Shown here: positions 52,494-61,525 of the stretch, piece after piece | Layout of the letters: each line of letters opens with the position of its first letter | Position numbering within the stretch: the first letter of the stretch is position 1 | NCBI GenBank assembly: GCA_963700145.1 | Contig: OY969474.1 | Location: 4,960,001 to 5,024,000 of the forward strand | Origin: an uncultured Acidobacteriota bacterium | GTDB taxonomy: Bacteria > Acidobacteriota > Thermoanaerobaculia > Multivoradales > UBA5704 | Length of the DNA: 64,000 nt | Reading direction: 5' to 3' | The notes under the pieces: generated by a model | What the model saw: only the letters and a program-made list of their open reading frames with translations | What the model was told of the DNA's origin: nothing | Database searches by the model: none | Position numbers and translations under genes: made by a program

Positions 52494-53258
52494 GTGGCGC
52501 AGAGCCCGGTGCAGAGCCGCCGCCTCACCACCCGGCCGGCGCACGACCACGCCGACGTCGCCGCCTTCTTCGACGCCTGCGCCCCCGCCTACGCCGACCG
52601 CCACGGCGACCCCGGACGGCTGCTGCGCGACCGCCTGGCGCTGCTGCGCGAAGCGGCGGAGCCGAAGCCCGGGGACACGGTGCTCGAGATCGGCTGCGGC
52701 ACCGGGCTCCACCTGCTCGCGCTGGCCGACGAGTACGGGCGCGGGCTCGGCGTCGACCTCTCGCCGGCGATGGTGGAGGCCGCCCGCGCGCGGCTCGGCC
52801 CGAACGCCGGCAAGGTGAGCTTCGCGGTGGACGCGGCCGAGCGGCTGGCGACCGTGGCCGACGCATCGGTCGACGTGGTGCTGGCGGTCGGCGCCCTCGA
52901 GCACATGCTCGACCAGGCCGCCGTCTGCGCGAGCGCCTTCCGCGTGCTCCGCCCCGGCGGCCGCTTCGCCTGCCTGACCCCCGATGGCGGCGGCCTCTGG
53001 TACCGCCGGCTCGCCCCCGCCCTCGGCATCGACACCCGCCAGCTCGCGACCGACCGCTACCTCACGCGGCGCGAGCTGGAGGCGCTGCTGCGCGACGCCG
53101 GCTTCGCCGAGGTGCGGCTCGACGCCTGGACCTTCGTCCAGCGCGGCGACCTGCCGCGGGCGGCCGCGGCGCTGATGGCGGGGCTGGATCGGGCCGGGAA
53201 GTGGCTCGGGATCGACGCGCTGCGCGGCGGCCTGCGGGCGCGCGCCGTCAAGCGCTGA
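52494..53258 (+). CDS. Class I SAM-dependent methyltransferase
   Basis: VLEIGCGTG, GVDLS and RVLRPGG; start approximate. Confidence 0.88.
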   Translation: MAQSPVQSRRLTTRPAHDHADVAAFFDACAPAYADRHGDPGRLLRDRLALLREAAEPKPGDTVLEIGCGTGLHLLALADEYGRGLGVDLSPAMVEAARARLGPNAGKVSFAVDAAERLATVADASVDVVLAVGALEHMLDQAAVCASAFRVLRPGGRFACLTPDGGGLWYRRLAPALGIDTRQLATDRYLTRRELEALLRDAGFAEVRLDAWTFVQRGDLPRAAAALMAGLDRAGKWLGIDALRGGLRARAVKR

Positions 53259-53263
53259 CCACC

Positions 53264-54364
53264 GTGCGCATCGGCCTGCTCATCTACGGCAGCCTCGACC
53301 GCCTCACCGGCGGCTTCTTCTACGACCGCATGCTGGTCGAGCACCTGCGCCGCCGCGGCCACGAGGTCGAGGTCGTGGCGCTGCCGATGCGTTCGTACCC
53401 GCGGGCGCTGCTCGACAACCTTTCGCAGAGCCTGTTGGCCCGGCTCACCGAGCCCGGCTTCGACCTCCTCCTCCAGGACGAGCTGACCCACCCGTCGTGC
53501 TTCCGGCTCAACCGCCGGCTGCGGCGGACTGCCGGGGCACCGCCGATCGTCGCCATCATCCACCTGCTACGGGTGAGTCAGCCGCTCCCCGCCTGGCAGC
53601 GGCCGCTGGTGCGGCGAGTCGAGGGGCGGTACCTGGCGTCGGTGGACGGCCTGATCCTGGTCAACCCGCAGCTCCGCGCGCGCAGCGCGCGGCTCGCCGG
53701 CGTGGAGCGCCCGGCGGTGGTCGCGCCGCCCGCCGGCGACCACGCCGCCGCGACCACTTCGCTCGAGCGGATCGCCGCGCGCGCCCGTGAAGCGGGCGAC
53801 CTCGAGATCGTCTTCCTCGGCAACCTGACACCGATGAAGAACCTCCACCTGGTGCTAGACGCCCTCGCCCGGCTCGGTGCCGGCGGCTGGCGGCTCGCCG
53901 TCCTCGGCAGCCTGGAGGCCGACCCCGCCTACACCCGCCGCCTGCGCCGCCGGATCGCCCGCGCCGGGCTGGACGGGCGGGTGGCGCTGCTGGGCGAGCG
54001 GCCGCGCGCCGAGGTCGAGGAGCGCCTCGCCGCGAGCCACGTCCTGGCGCTGCCGTCGGCGCCCGAGAGCTTCGGCATCGCCTACCTGGAGGCGATGCGC
54101 CACGGCCTCCCGGTCGTCGCCAGCAGCGCCAGCGACACGGCGGCCAACTTCCGCCACGGCGAGACCGCCTTCCTGGTCGCGCCGGGCGACGCGGACGCTC
54201 TCGCCGGGCACCTGCGCCGGCTGATGGAGGACCGCGAGCTCCTGGCGCGGATGGGAGTCGCGGCGCGGCGCTGGTACGAGTCCCACCCCACCTGGGAGGA
54301 GTCGCTGGAGCGGGTCCACCAGTTCCTGCTCCAGCTCCATGCCGCCAAAACGGAGAGCCCGTAG
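53264..54364 (+). CDS. GT4 glycosyltransferase
   Basis: TGGFFYD, GNLTPMKN and ESFGIAYLEAM. Confidence 0.92.
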   Translation: MRIGLLIYGSLDRLTGGFFYDRMLVEHLRRRGHEVEVVALPMRSYPRALLDNLSQSLLARLTEPGFDLLLQDELTHPSCFRLNRRLRRTAGAPPIVAIIHLLRVSQPLPAWQRPLVRRVEGRYLASVDGLILVNPQLRARSARLAGVERPAVVAPPAGDHAAATTSLERIAARAREAGDLEIVFLGNLTPMKNLHLVLDALARLGAGGWRLAVLGSLEADPAYTRRLRRRIARAGLDGRVALLGERPRAEVEERLAASHVLALPSAPESFGIAYLEAMRHGLPVVASSASDTAANFRHGETAFLVAPGDADALAGHLRRLMEDRELLARMGVAARRWYESHPTWEESLERVHQFLLQLHAAKTESP

Positions 54365-54387
54365 CGCCCGGCCTACGTGCCGGGCGT
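54361..54387 (+). repeat. GTAG-family REP, copy 4
   Basis: Identical to copy 1; supplies the TAG stop of the GT4 gene and is followed by a T run. Confidence 0.85.
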
Positions 54388-54390
54388 TTT

Positions 54391-55266
54391 TCACCCTGCC
54401 CGCTCGGCGACGATCAGCCGGTAGCTCACCAGGCCGCGGCGGTAGAGCCGCTCGAAGGCGACCCCCCCGAGGTAGGCGGCCAGCACCCGGCGCGCCGCGG
54501 GGAAGGGGAGCAGGGCGTGCGCCCGGCGGTAGCGGGCCTCGGCCGCCGCCAGCTCCGCGAGTGGGCGCGTGGGGACGAGGGCCGAAAGGTCCTCGTCGTG
54601 GAGCGTGCGCAGGCCGTCGCCGGCGAGCGCCCGGGCGTAGGTGGAGGTCGTCGGCACCCTGCCGAGCGCCCAGCGCTCGCGGACGATGGCGAAGTCCGGG
54701 TCGTCCACCGCCTCGTCGTGCAACACGTCCTCGACCAGCACCAGCTTGCCGCCGGGACGGAGGGCGCCGGCCAGGTTGGCGAGGGTACGCTCGCCGCAGG
54801 GGCTGTGGATGAGGGACTCGATCGCGACCACGGCGTCGTAGTCGCCCTCGATCGGCGCGTCGTAGCTGCGGAGGTGGAAGCGGCACGCCGCGGCGAGCCC
54901 GCGGCGGACCGCCTCGCGCCGCGCCACCCGCCACTGCACCCTGCTCACCGTGAGACCGTCGTACGTGCCGCCGATCCGCTCCTGCCAGCGGAAGACGGTG
55001 CCGCCGAAGCCGCAGCCGGCGTCGAGCACCCGCGGCGCCGGCGGCAGCGTCACGGCGGCCAGCGCCCGGTCCACGACGTAGAGCCGCCGCTCGCTCTTGC
55101 CGTAGGCATTCGCCTGCTCCGCCGGGATGCGTAGCGCCTTGTGCAGCGTCAGGTCGGCGCGCGGATGGCCGAAGCGCACCAGGTTGGCCAGCAGGTTGAA
55201 GCGCGACAGCGCGTCGTAGAGGGCGATAAGCTGCCGGCTGGAAGCAGACACCTCAGCCCGCGTCAT
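54391..55266 (-). CDS. SAM-dependent methyltransferase (sterol/tocopherol MT-like)
   Basis: VLDAGCGFGG, GLTVSRVQ, AIESLIH and LRPGG. Confidence 0.87.
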   Translation of the reverse strand: MTRAEVSASSRQLIALYDALSRFNLLANLVRFGHPRADLTLHKALRIPAEQANAYGKSERRLYVVDRALAAVTLPPAPRVLDAGCGFGGTVFRWQERIGGTYDGLTVSRVQWRVARREAVRRGLAAACRFHLRSYDAPIEGDYDAVVAIESLIHSPCGERTLANLAGALRPGGKLVLVEDVLHDEAVDDPDFAIVRERWALGRVPTTSTYARALAGDGLRTLHDEDLSALVPTRPLAELAAAEARYRRAHALLPFPAARRVLAAYLGGVAFERLYRRGLVSYRLIVAERAG

Positions 55267-56146
55267 GAAGCTGCTCCGCGACCGCTCGATCGCAGCGCCG
55301 TTGGGGCTGTTCCTCCTCCAGTTCGGGCGGCCATTCCTCAACTACTTCCCTCTCTACCTCCACTCGGTGGGAAGGAACCCCCTCCTCAACCTGATCATCA
55401 TCACCGATCAGGAGGTCCCGCTCGCCCAACTGCCGCCCAACGTCATCCTCCACCACATGGCCGAGGAGGAGCTGCGCGCGCGGTTGCGCGCCTTTCTCGG
55501 CGACGCCTTCGCGATGACGGCGGACCCGCTGCCCGGATCGATGTACAAGCTCTGCGATTACCGCCCATTCTTCAGCGCCCTCTTCGCGGACGCGCTCGCC
55601 GGGCGGGGCTTCACCCACGTCGGCTGGTGCGACTCGGACGTCATCCTCGGAGACCTCTCCTCGTTCCTCCCCGACCCGAGCGCCTACGACCTCATCGGCC
55701 GCCTGGGGCACTTCACCGCGTTCCGGCGCACGGCGTTCTTCGAGCAGGTCCCGCTGCGGGTGTCGGCCATCCGGCGTCACATCGCCGACACGACGAGGCA
55801 TTGGCAGTTCGACGAGGTCGCTTTCTCCGAGCACCTGTTGCGCTACTACGTGCGCGGCGGGAAGCTCGAGTACTTCGCCTTCTACGACGAGCGCTTCGCC
55901 GACGTCCTTCCCGATCCGAGCGACCGCTTCCTGCTCTGGACCGACGCTTCGCTGCCCGACCAGCACCTCCGCTACGAGGACGGCACCCTCGTGCGGGCCG
56001 GAGGGGGCCGGCGGATCGCGACGATCTACGCCCACTTTCAGAAGCGGCCGATGGAGGTCCGCATGCGGCTGGACTTTCGACCGGCCGATCCTCTCCACTT
56101 CGTCATCCGGCCGAATTACTTCGCGACCCCTGCGAGCGATAGGTGA
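55265..56146 (+). CDS. DUF6625-like, glycosyltransferase-like protein
   Basis: QFG..NYFPLYLHS, IITD, YKLCDYRP, WCDSDVILGDL and YAHFQKR. Confidence 0.75.
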   Translation: MKLLRDRSIAAPLGLFLLQFGRPFLNYFPLYLHSVGRNPLLNLIIITDQEVPLAQLPPNVILHHMAEEELRARLRAFLGDAFAMTADPLPGSMYKLCDYRPFFSALFADALAGRGFTHVGWCDSDVILGDLSSFLPDPSAYDLIGRLGHFTAFRRTAFFEQVPLRVSAIRRHIADTTRHWQFDEVAFSEHLLRYYVRGGKLEYFAFYDERFADVLPDPSDRFLLWTDASLPDQHLRYEDGTLVRAGGGRRIATIYAHFQKRPMEVRMRLDFRPADPLHFVIRPNYFATPASDR

Positions 56147-57131
56147 GCACGACCTGGACGGCCTCTTCGGGGCGGCGGTCGAGCAGCTCGTAGGCCGCCG
56201 GCGCCTCGGCGAAGGGGAAGCGGTGGGTCACCAGGCCGTCGAGCGGGAGCTCGGCCAGCAGCCGCCAGGCGGCCTCCAGGCGGCGGGCCTTGCTCCAGCG
56301 CGCCGAGAAGCGCGGTGCGATGGTGCTGACCTGGCTGCTCACCAGCTGGATGCGGCTGCGGTGGAAGGCGCCTCCCAGGTCGAGCGCGACGGGCTGATCG
56401 CCGTACCAGGAGCCGATGACCACCCGGCCGCCGAACCCGGTCGCCGCGATCGCCTGCGCGAGCGCCGCCGGGCTGCCGGACAGCTCGTAGGTCAGGTCGG
56501 CGGACGACCGCAGGGGGTCGAGCGCGCCGGGGGCGTCGGCATCCAGGGCGGCGTGCGCGCCGAGGTCGAGGGAGCGCTGCCGCCGCAGGGGGTGCCGGTC
56601 CACGGTCACCAGGTGGGCGAGGGGGACCCGCGCCAGGAGCGCGGTCGTGAGGAGGCCCACGACCCCCTGGCCGAAGACCACCACCCGCTCGCCGACGATC
56701 GGCTGGCCGTCCATCAGGAAGTTGACCGCCGTCTCGGCGTTGGGGAGGAGGGCCGCCGCCTCGGGCGCCAGCCCTGCCGGGACGGGGAGGAGCTCGTCCG
56801 GCGCGGCGAGGAAGTGGCTCGCGTGCGGCTGGAACCCGAAGACCAGCCGGTCCCGCCACTCGGGCGCGACCCCGTCACCCAGCTCGACCACCCGACCGAC
56901 CGCCGCATAGCCGTAGGCGAGCGGAAACGCGAAGCCGCCGGCCAGGGAGGGGATGGCGGCGTCGACCGGCATTCCCCCCGGCACCCGCCCGCGGTAGACC
57001 AGCATCTCGGTCCCCGGGCTGATGGCGGAGACCCGGGTCTCGACAAGCACCTGCCCGGCGGCGGGCGAGCCCAGCGGCTCCTCCCGCACCGCCACGCGGT
57101 ACGGGGCCTCGAAGGAGAGCGCCAGCCTCAC
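56103..57131 (-). CDS. Zn-ADH/MDR-family dehydrogenase
   Basis: SAISPGTE, GYAAVG, FGQGVVG, GSWYG and SSQVS; GTGA-coupled. Confidence 0.9.
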   Translation of the reverse strand: MRLALSFEAPYRVAVREEPLGSPAAGQVLVETRVSAISPGTEMLVYRGRVPGGMPVDAAIPSLAGGFAFPLAYGYAAVGRVVELGDGVAPEWRDRLVFGFQPHASHFLAAPDELLPVPAGLAPEAAALLPNAETAVNFLMDGQPIVGERVVVFGQGVVGLLTTALLARVPLAHLVTVDRHPLRRQRSLDLGAHAALDADAPGALDPLRSSADLTYELSGSPAALAQAIAATGFGGRVVIGSWYGDQPVALDLGGAFHRSRIQLVSSQVSTIAPRFSARWSKARRLEAAWRLLAELPLDGLVTHRFPFAEAPAAYELLDRRPEEAVQVVLTYRSQGSRSNSAG

Positions 57132-58117
57132 GCCACGCGGCCGACGAACAGGATGCCGTCGCCGACGGGCCGGTAGAGATGGGTGGCGAAGCGCACCGAC
57201 TCCGCCACCGCGGTGATCTCCGGCCGGACGAAGGAGGGGATGCCGGTGCCGAGGATCAGCGGCGAGATGTGGAGCTGCAGGACGTCGATCGTGCCGTCGG
57301 CGAGGAAGGCCGAGGTGGTGGCCGAGCCCCCTTCGACGTAGACCGAGAGGACGCCGCGCCGGTAGAGCGCTTCGAGGATCGCCGCGGTGGCGATCCGCCC
57401 GTTCCGCCGCGGCAGCGCCAGGCGCTCGACCTGCGGCGACGCCGGCGCCTCGCCGTCGCCGACCAGCAGGATGGGCCCCGGCCCGGCCGCCAGCAGACAG
57501 TCGACGTCGCCGTTGCCCGCGGCGCCGACGACGATGCGCACCGGGCTCCCCCCTTCGGCGTGGCGCACGGTCAGCGCCGGGCGGTCGGCGCGCAGCGTGC
57601 GCGCGCCGATGAGGACGCCGTCGCAGAGAGCGCGCATGCGGTGGGCGTGGAGGAGGTTCTCGGCGCAGCCGATCCACTTCGAGTCGCCGCCGCAAGTGGC
57701 GATGCGGCCGTCGAGCGACTGTGCGAAGTGGCTGACGGCGAAGGCGCGGCCGGCGCGCCGGGCGTGCTCCGCCGCCAGCGCATACGGCGCGTAGGTCTCG
57801 AGCAGCGCCGCGGCGGCGGGCGGCAGGTCGCCGCGCGCGAGCGGGCGGAGCGCGATGAGGTCTTCGACCAGGTAGCGGCTCTCTCCGGGGACGGGCGGGA
57901 AGTCGCCGGTGGCGGCCGGGTCGAGGAGCAGCAGGACGCGCCAGCCGGGGCCGGCTGGCGGGGGCTCGTCGTCGAGGCGAACCTCGGGGGCTTCGCCGAT
58001 CCGCAGCCAGCAAGCGCGGACCGGCTCGCCGCCGGCGCGGACCCGTTCGGCCAGCAGGCAGAGGACCCGCCAGCAGGCTGCCGCCGCCGGGTCGGCCTGG
58101 GCCCCGCCGGCGTCCAT
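57128..58117 (-). CDS. RibD C-terminal reductase-domain protein
   Basis: AQSLDGRIA, SKWI, HRMRA, IGART and VEGG; no deaminase motif. Confidence 0.88.
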   Translation of the reverse strand: MDAGGAQADPAAAACWRVLCLLAERVRAGGEPVRACWLRIGEAPEVRLDDEPPPAGPGWRVLLLLDPAATGDFPPVPGESRYLVEDLIALRPLARGDLPPAAAALLETYAPYALAAEHARRAGRAFAVSHFAQSLDGRIATCGGDSKWIGCAENLLHAHRMRALCDGVLIGARTLRADRPALTVRHAEGGSPVRIVVGAAGNGDVDCLLAAGPGPILLVGDGEAPASPQVERLALPRRNGRIATAAILEALYRRGVLSVYVEGGSATTSAFLADGTIDVLQLHISPLILGTGIPSFVRPEITAVAESVRFATHLYRPVGDGILFVGRVA

Positions 58118-58119
58118 CC

Positions 58120-58758
58120 TCACGCCTTGACGTCGGCGAGGAGGTGCCCCATGCGCAGCCGCTTGGTCTCCAGGTAGCCGCGGTTGTGGTCGGTCGGCGG
58201 GGACACCAGCGGCACCCTGCCGAGGAGGCGGATGCGCGACCGCTCGAGCGCCGCGATCTTGAAGGGGTTGTTGGTCAGCAGGCGGACCGCGGCGACTTCG
58301 AGGTCCTCGAGGATGGCGATCGCCGCCGCGTAATCGCGCAGGTCGGCGCCGAAGCCGAGGTGCAAGTTGGCGTCCACGGTGTCGAGGCCGCGGTCCTGCA
58401 TCGAGTAGGCGTGGAGCTTGTTGAGCAGGCCGATCCCCCGCCCCTCCTGGCGTAGGTAGATCAACACGCCCGCCCCCTCCTCGGCGATGGCCTGCATCGC
58501 CACCGCGAGCTGCGGGCCGCAGTCGCAGCGCTGGGAGGTGAAGACCTCTCCGGTCAGGCACTCGGAGTGGATACGCACCAGCGGGTCGGGCGCGCGCTCG
58601 ACCTCCCCCTTGACCAGGGCGAGGTGCGGGCAGGTCGACCCGTTCTCGGTGTAGGCGAGGAGCCGGAACTCCCCGAACTCGGTCGGCAATCGGGTCGCTG
58701 CGGCTCTGGTCAACGTCACTGGCTGCTCCCGCTGCGGAGGCGGCTGGCGCCGGACCAC
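58120..58758 (-). CDS. ribA: GTP cyclohydrolase II
   Basis: VRIHSECLTG, RCDCGPQL, QEGRGIG, LTNNP and YLETK. Confidence 0.95.
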   Translation of the reverse strand: MVRRQPPPQREQPVTLTRAAATRLPTEFGEFRLLAYTENGSTCPHLALVKGEVERAPDPLVRIHSECLTGEVFTSQRCDCGPQLAVAMQAIAEEGAGVLIYLRQEGRGIGLLNKLHAYSMQDRGLDTVDANLHLGFGADLRDYAAAIAILEDLEVAAVRLLTNNPFKIAALERSRIRLLGRVPLVSPPTDHNRGYLETKRLRMGHLLADVKA

Positions 58759-58794
58759 CCGGCGCCCCGCCGCCTCGACTTCAGAAACCTTGGA

Positions 58795-61407
58795 TCAGTG
58801 GCCGTGCGATCCCGCGTCCGGACACGTGTTGTTCGCGGGGCAGGACGGCAAGACCCCCGGCGCCGAGACCGCGCAGTTGTCCGCCCCGCCGCTCGGTTGG
58901 GGCGTGCCGTAGCCGCTCCCGGGTTTGCAGACCGTCTGCACGTTCCACATCATGCCTCGATCCTCGTGGCCGAGGATATGACAGTGGAAGACGTAGCCGC
59001 CCGTGTAGTCCTCGAAGCGGTGGCGGATGAGCACCTCACTCCCCTGCTGGGTGCAGCCGCAAACCGACATCTGGTTGGGGATGGTCGTGGTCCACTGGCC
59101 GTTCCAGGTGGAGTGGTCGGCGTCGCAGGCCCGCTGGCACTTCGCCTTGGCGTCCGCGTTGTCCCAGATCGGGCCCGCCGGGCGGTCGGTCGTCGTCTGC
59201 GTCGGCAGGGCGATGGTGTCCGACCAGATGAAGGGCGGGTCGAACTTGCGGTCGGCGTTGGCGACGATCTGGAAGGGGTTGACGTGGATGTGGAAGGGAT
59301 GGGCGAGCATGCTGCTGTTGTTCGTCCCCAGCTTGTTGGCGACCACCCACTCCTGCGTCGCGCCGAGGGCCGTGGTGATGGGCGCGCAGCTCGGACAGTA
59401 CTGCGAGTCGTTGATCCAGAAGCTGTTGGGCTGCCTCGCGTTGTTGCCGTCGATCTTGAAGACCACCCGCTGATCGGGCGGCCGGCCGGTGGCGGGGAGG
59501 TCGCGCAGGAAGTAGGGCGTGGCCGGCCAGCACTGCGGCGGCGGCGAGCTCCCCTTGCACTCGTCCTTGACGGGGACGTCGGGGTCGCACGCCTCGCCCG
59601 CGATCCCCTGGGTCCAGGGGAAGTTGCCGCTGCCGGCGGCGGTGGCGCCGTTGGTGCCGTTGGTGCCGTTGGTGCCGGCGCTTTCGGCGACGACTCTGAT
59701 GGTGAAGAGCAGGGGGTTGCCCCCGTTGTCGACCGGCGGTACCCCCGCGGTGAGCTGGGTCGGCGGCACCCGCTCGAGGACCGTGGCGTCCAGGTTGAAC
59801 TGCTCCTCGGCATCCTCGGAGAGGTTCTGCGCGGTCACGCGCCGGGTGACGGTGTAGATGCCCGGAGTGGGGGGGGCCTGGACCAGGAAGTCGGCGCGGT
59901 TGCCGGGGCCCAGCTTGAAGTTGTTGAAGGTCCCCTCGTCGTCGCGCAGCGGCTGGCGGCAGTAGTTCTGCCACGCGAACTGGATGCCGTCCTGCGAGAT
60001 CTGGACGACCTTCTGGATGCGTGTGTCGAAGCCGATTTCGAGCGAGGCCGCGAGCTGCGTCGTCCCGCCCACGAACCGCCAGCGCTGGACCTCCCCAGCG
60101 CGCATGGTGATCTGAGGGGTGGCGTAACCGTTGAGCAGCGCCTGCGGCGGGATGAACGGCTGGGCGGGGAAGGGGTTGAAGAACTTCTGGCTGCCGGGAA
60201 CGACCTGGCCCGCGATCTCCTGCACCGCCAGCACCCGGTCCACCAGCTTGCCGCCGTAGAACCGCTGCAGCCAGTCGTCGAACGCCCCTTCGATGATCAG
60301 TCCCCCGGCCATGCCGTTCTGGACCTGAGGCGTGGTCGAGCCGTGCTTGTGCGGATGGTACCAGTGCGTCCCCGGCGCCTGGTTCCAGGCGAGCGGGTTG
60401 ACGTCGACCTGGTAGAAGCCCGTGGCGAAATTCGGCGGGCCGGGGATCGGGCCCGGCGAGTCGTAGGGGAAGAGGTTGAGCAGCACGAAGTCCTGGGGCG
60501 GCTGCGGCGAGACGTGGGTGCCGTGAAGGTGGAGGTTGGTGACGCTGTTGCCGTGGTAGCAGTTGGGGGCCGTCTGGTCCACGTTTTTGGTGACGCAGGT
60601 GCCGGCGCCCGTGCAGTCGGCGTCCGTCGTGCAGGGCCTGGGCAGGCAGGCGTTGCCCGGCGGACACTGCGACGGATCGCTACAGGGTGCGCCCTCCTGG
60701 AAACTGCTGTTGAGGCAGAAGTTGGTGGCGCTGCAGGACTTGTAGCTGGCGGGGTTGCACTTCTTGGCGTCTTCGGCGCTCTGCGGCGTCAGGTAGTTGA
60801 ACAGCCCGATCTTGATCCGGCTCCCCGGGGTCACCACCGGATTCGACGGGCCCGGCGGCTGGGCGGGGTCTTTGAGCGTCGCCGCCCGGGCGCGGAAGAT
60901 GGGGCCGGGGTAGCCCCAGCGGATATTGGGGTCGTTCGGGTTCTTCGGCGGGTTGTTCGGATCGATCGGGCGATTGCCGATCGGGTTGCCGTAGCTGCGC
61001 AGGGTCTGCGCCAGCCAGCCCCAGGTCTTCACGCACTCGGCGTCCGTGCCGCAGTCGGTGTTACTGCTGCAGGTCTTGCCGGTGTCGGAGCACTTCTGGG
61101 CGTTGATGCAGCTCCCGCCTGCTCCGCAGTCGGCGTTGCTGGCGCAGGCCCGGAACCCGTTGTTCGCGCAGGTCGTCGACGTCCAGACCGGGACCCAGGA
61201 GTTCTGCCTCTCGCGCATCACCAGGCTGGAGTCGATCACCCCGTTCACGGCGGCGATCGTCGGCGGGAAGTTGGGATCCAGCTCGCACCCCCACGGCTGG
61301 CCGGTGCCGGGAGGCCCGCACTTGGGGTCCTGGGCCGAGGCGACTCCGGCGGCCAGCGTCAGAGTGACGAGCAACAGCAGAGGTCGGCCGAGACACTTGG
61401 CTCTCAT
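58795..61407 (-). CDS. Secreted multicopper oxidase with Cys-rich modules and an MVL-type lectin insert
   Basis: Signal peptide; NLHLHG, WYHPH, HPFHIH and HCHILGHEDRGMM; GAGGAGG RBS. Confidence 0.9.
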   Translation of the reverse strand: MRAKCLGRPLLLLVTLTLAAGVASAQDPKCGPPGTGQPWGCELDPNFPPTIAAVNGVIDSSLVMRERQNSWVPVWTSTTCANNGFRACASNADCGAGGSCINAQKCSDTGKTCSSNTDCGTDAECVKTWGWLAQTLRSYGNPIGNRPIDPNNPPKNPNDPNIRWGYPGPIFRARAATLKDPAQPPGPSNPVVTPGSRIKIGLFNYLTPQSAEDAKKCNPASYKSCSATNFCLNSSFQEGAPCSDPSQCPPGNACLPRPCTTDADCTGAGTCVTKNVDQTAPNCYHGNSVTNLHLHGTHVSPQPPQDFVLLNLFPYDSPGPIPGPPNFATGFYQVDVNPLAWNQAPGTHWYHPHKHGSTTPQVQNGMAGGLIIEGAFDDWLQRFYGGKLVDRVLAVQEIAGQVVPGSQKFFNPFPAQPFIPPQALLNGYATPQITMRAGEVQRWRFVGGTTQLAASLEIGFDTRIQKVVQISQDGIQFAWQNYCRQPLRDDEGTFNNFKLGPGNRADFLVQAPPTPGIYTVTRRVTAQNLSEDAEEQFNLDATVLERVPPTQLTAGVPPVDNGGNPLLFTIRVVAESAGTNGTNGTNGATAAGSGNFPWTQGIAGEACDPDVPVKDECKGSSPPPQCWPATPYFLRDLPATGRPPDQRVVFKIDGNNARQPNSFWINDSQYCPSCAPITTALGATQEWVVANKLGTNNSSMLAHPFHIHVNPFQIVANADRKFDPPFIWSDTIALPTQTTTDRPAGPIWDNADAKAKCQRACDADHSTWNGQWTTTIPNQMSVCGCTQQGSEVLIRHRFEDYTGGYVFHCHILGHEDRGMMWNVQTVCKPGSGYGTPQPSGGADNCAVSAPGVLPSCPANNTCPDAGSHGH

Positions 61408-61525
61408 CGATCCCTCCTCGAATAGGCGGTTGCGACAGAGATGATCTGCCCCCCGCCACGATCTCTCTGGATTGCGCGCGATCCTGTCCCGGCTGGCGCA
61501 GCGTGTCAACAAGGAGATGCGCACT

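Noticed and set aside
59641-59676. 9-bp tandem repeat (GTN-GTN-GTN)
   Set aside because: Short in-frame linker expansion within the oxidase
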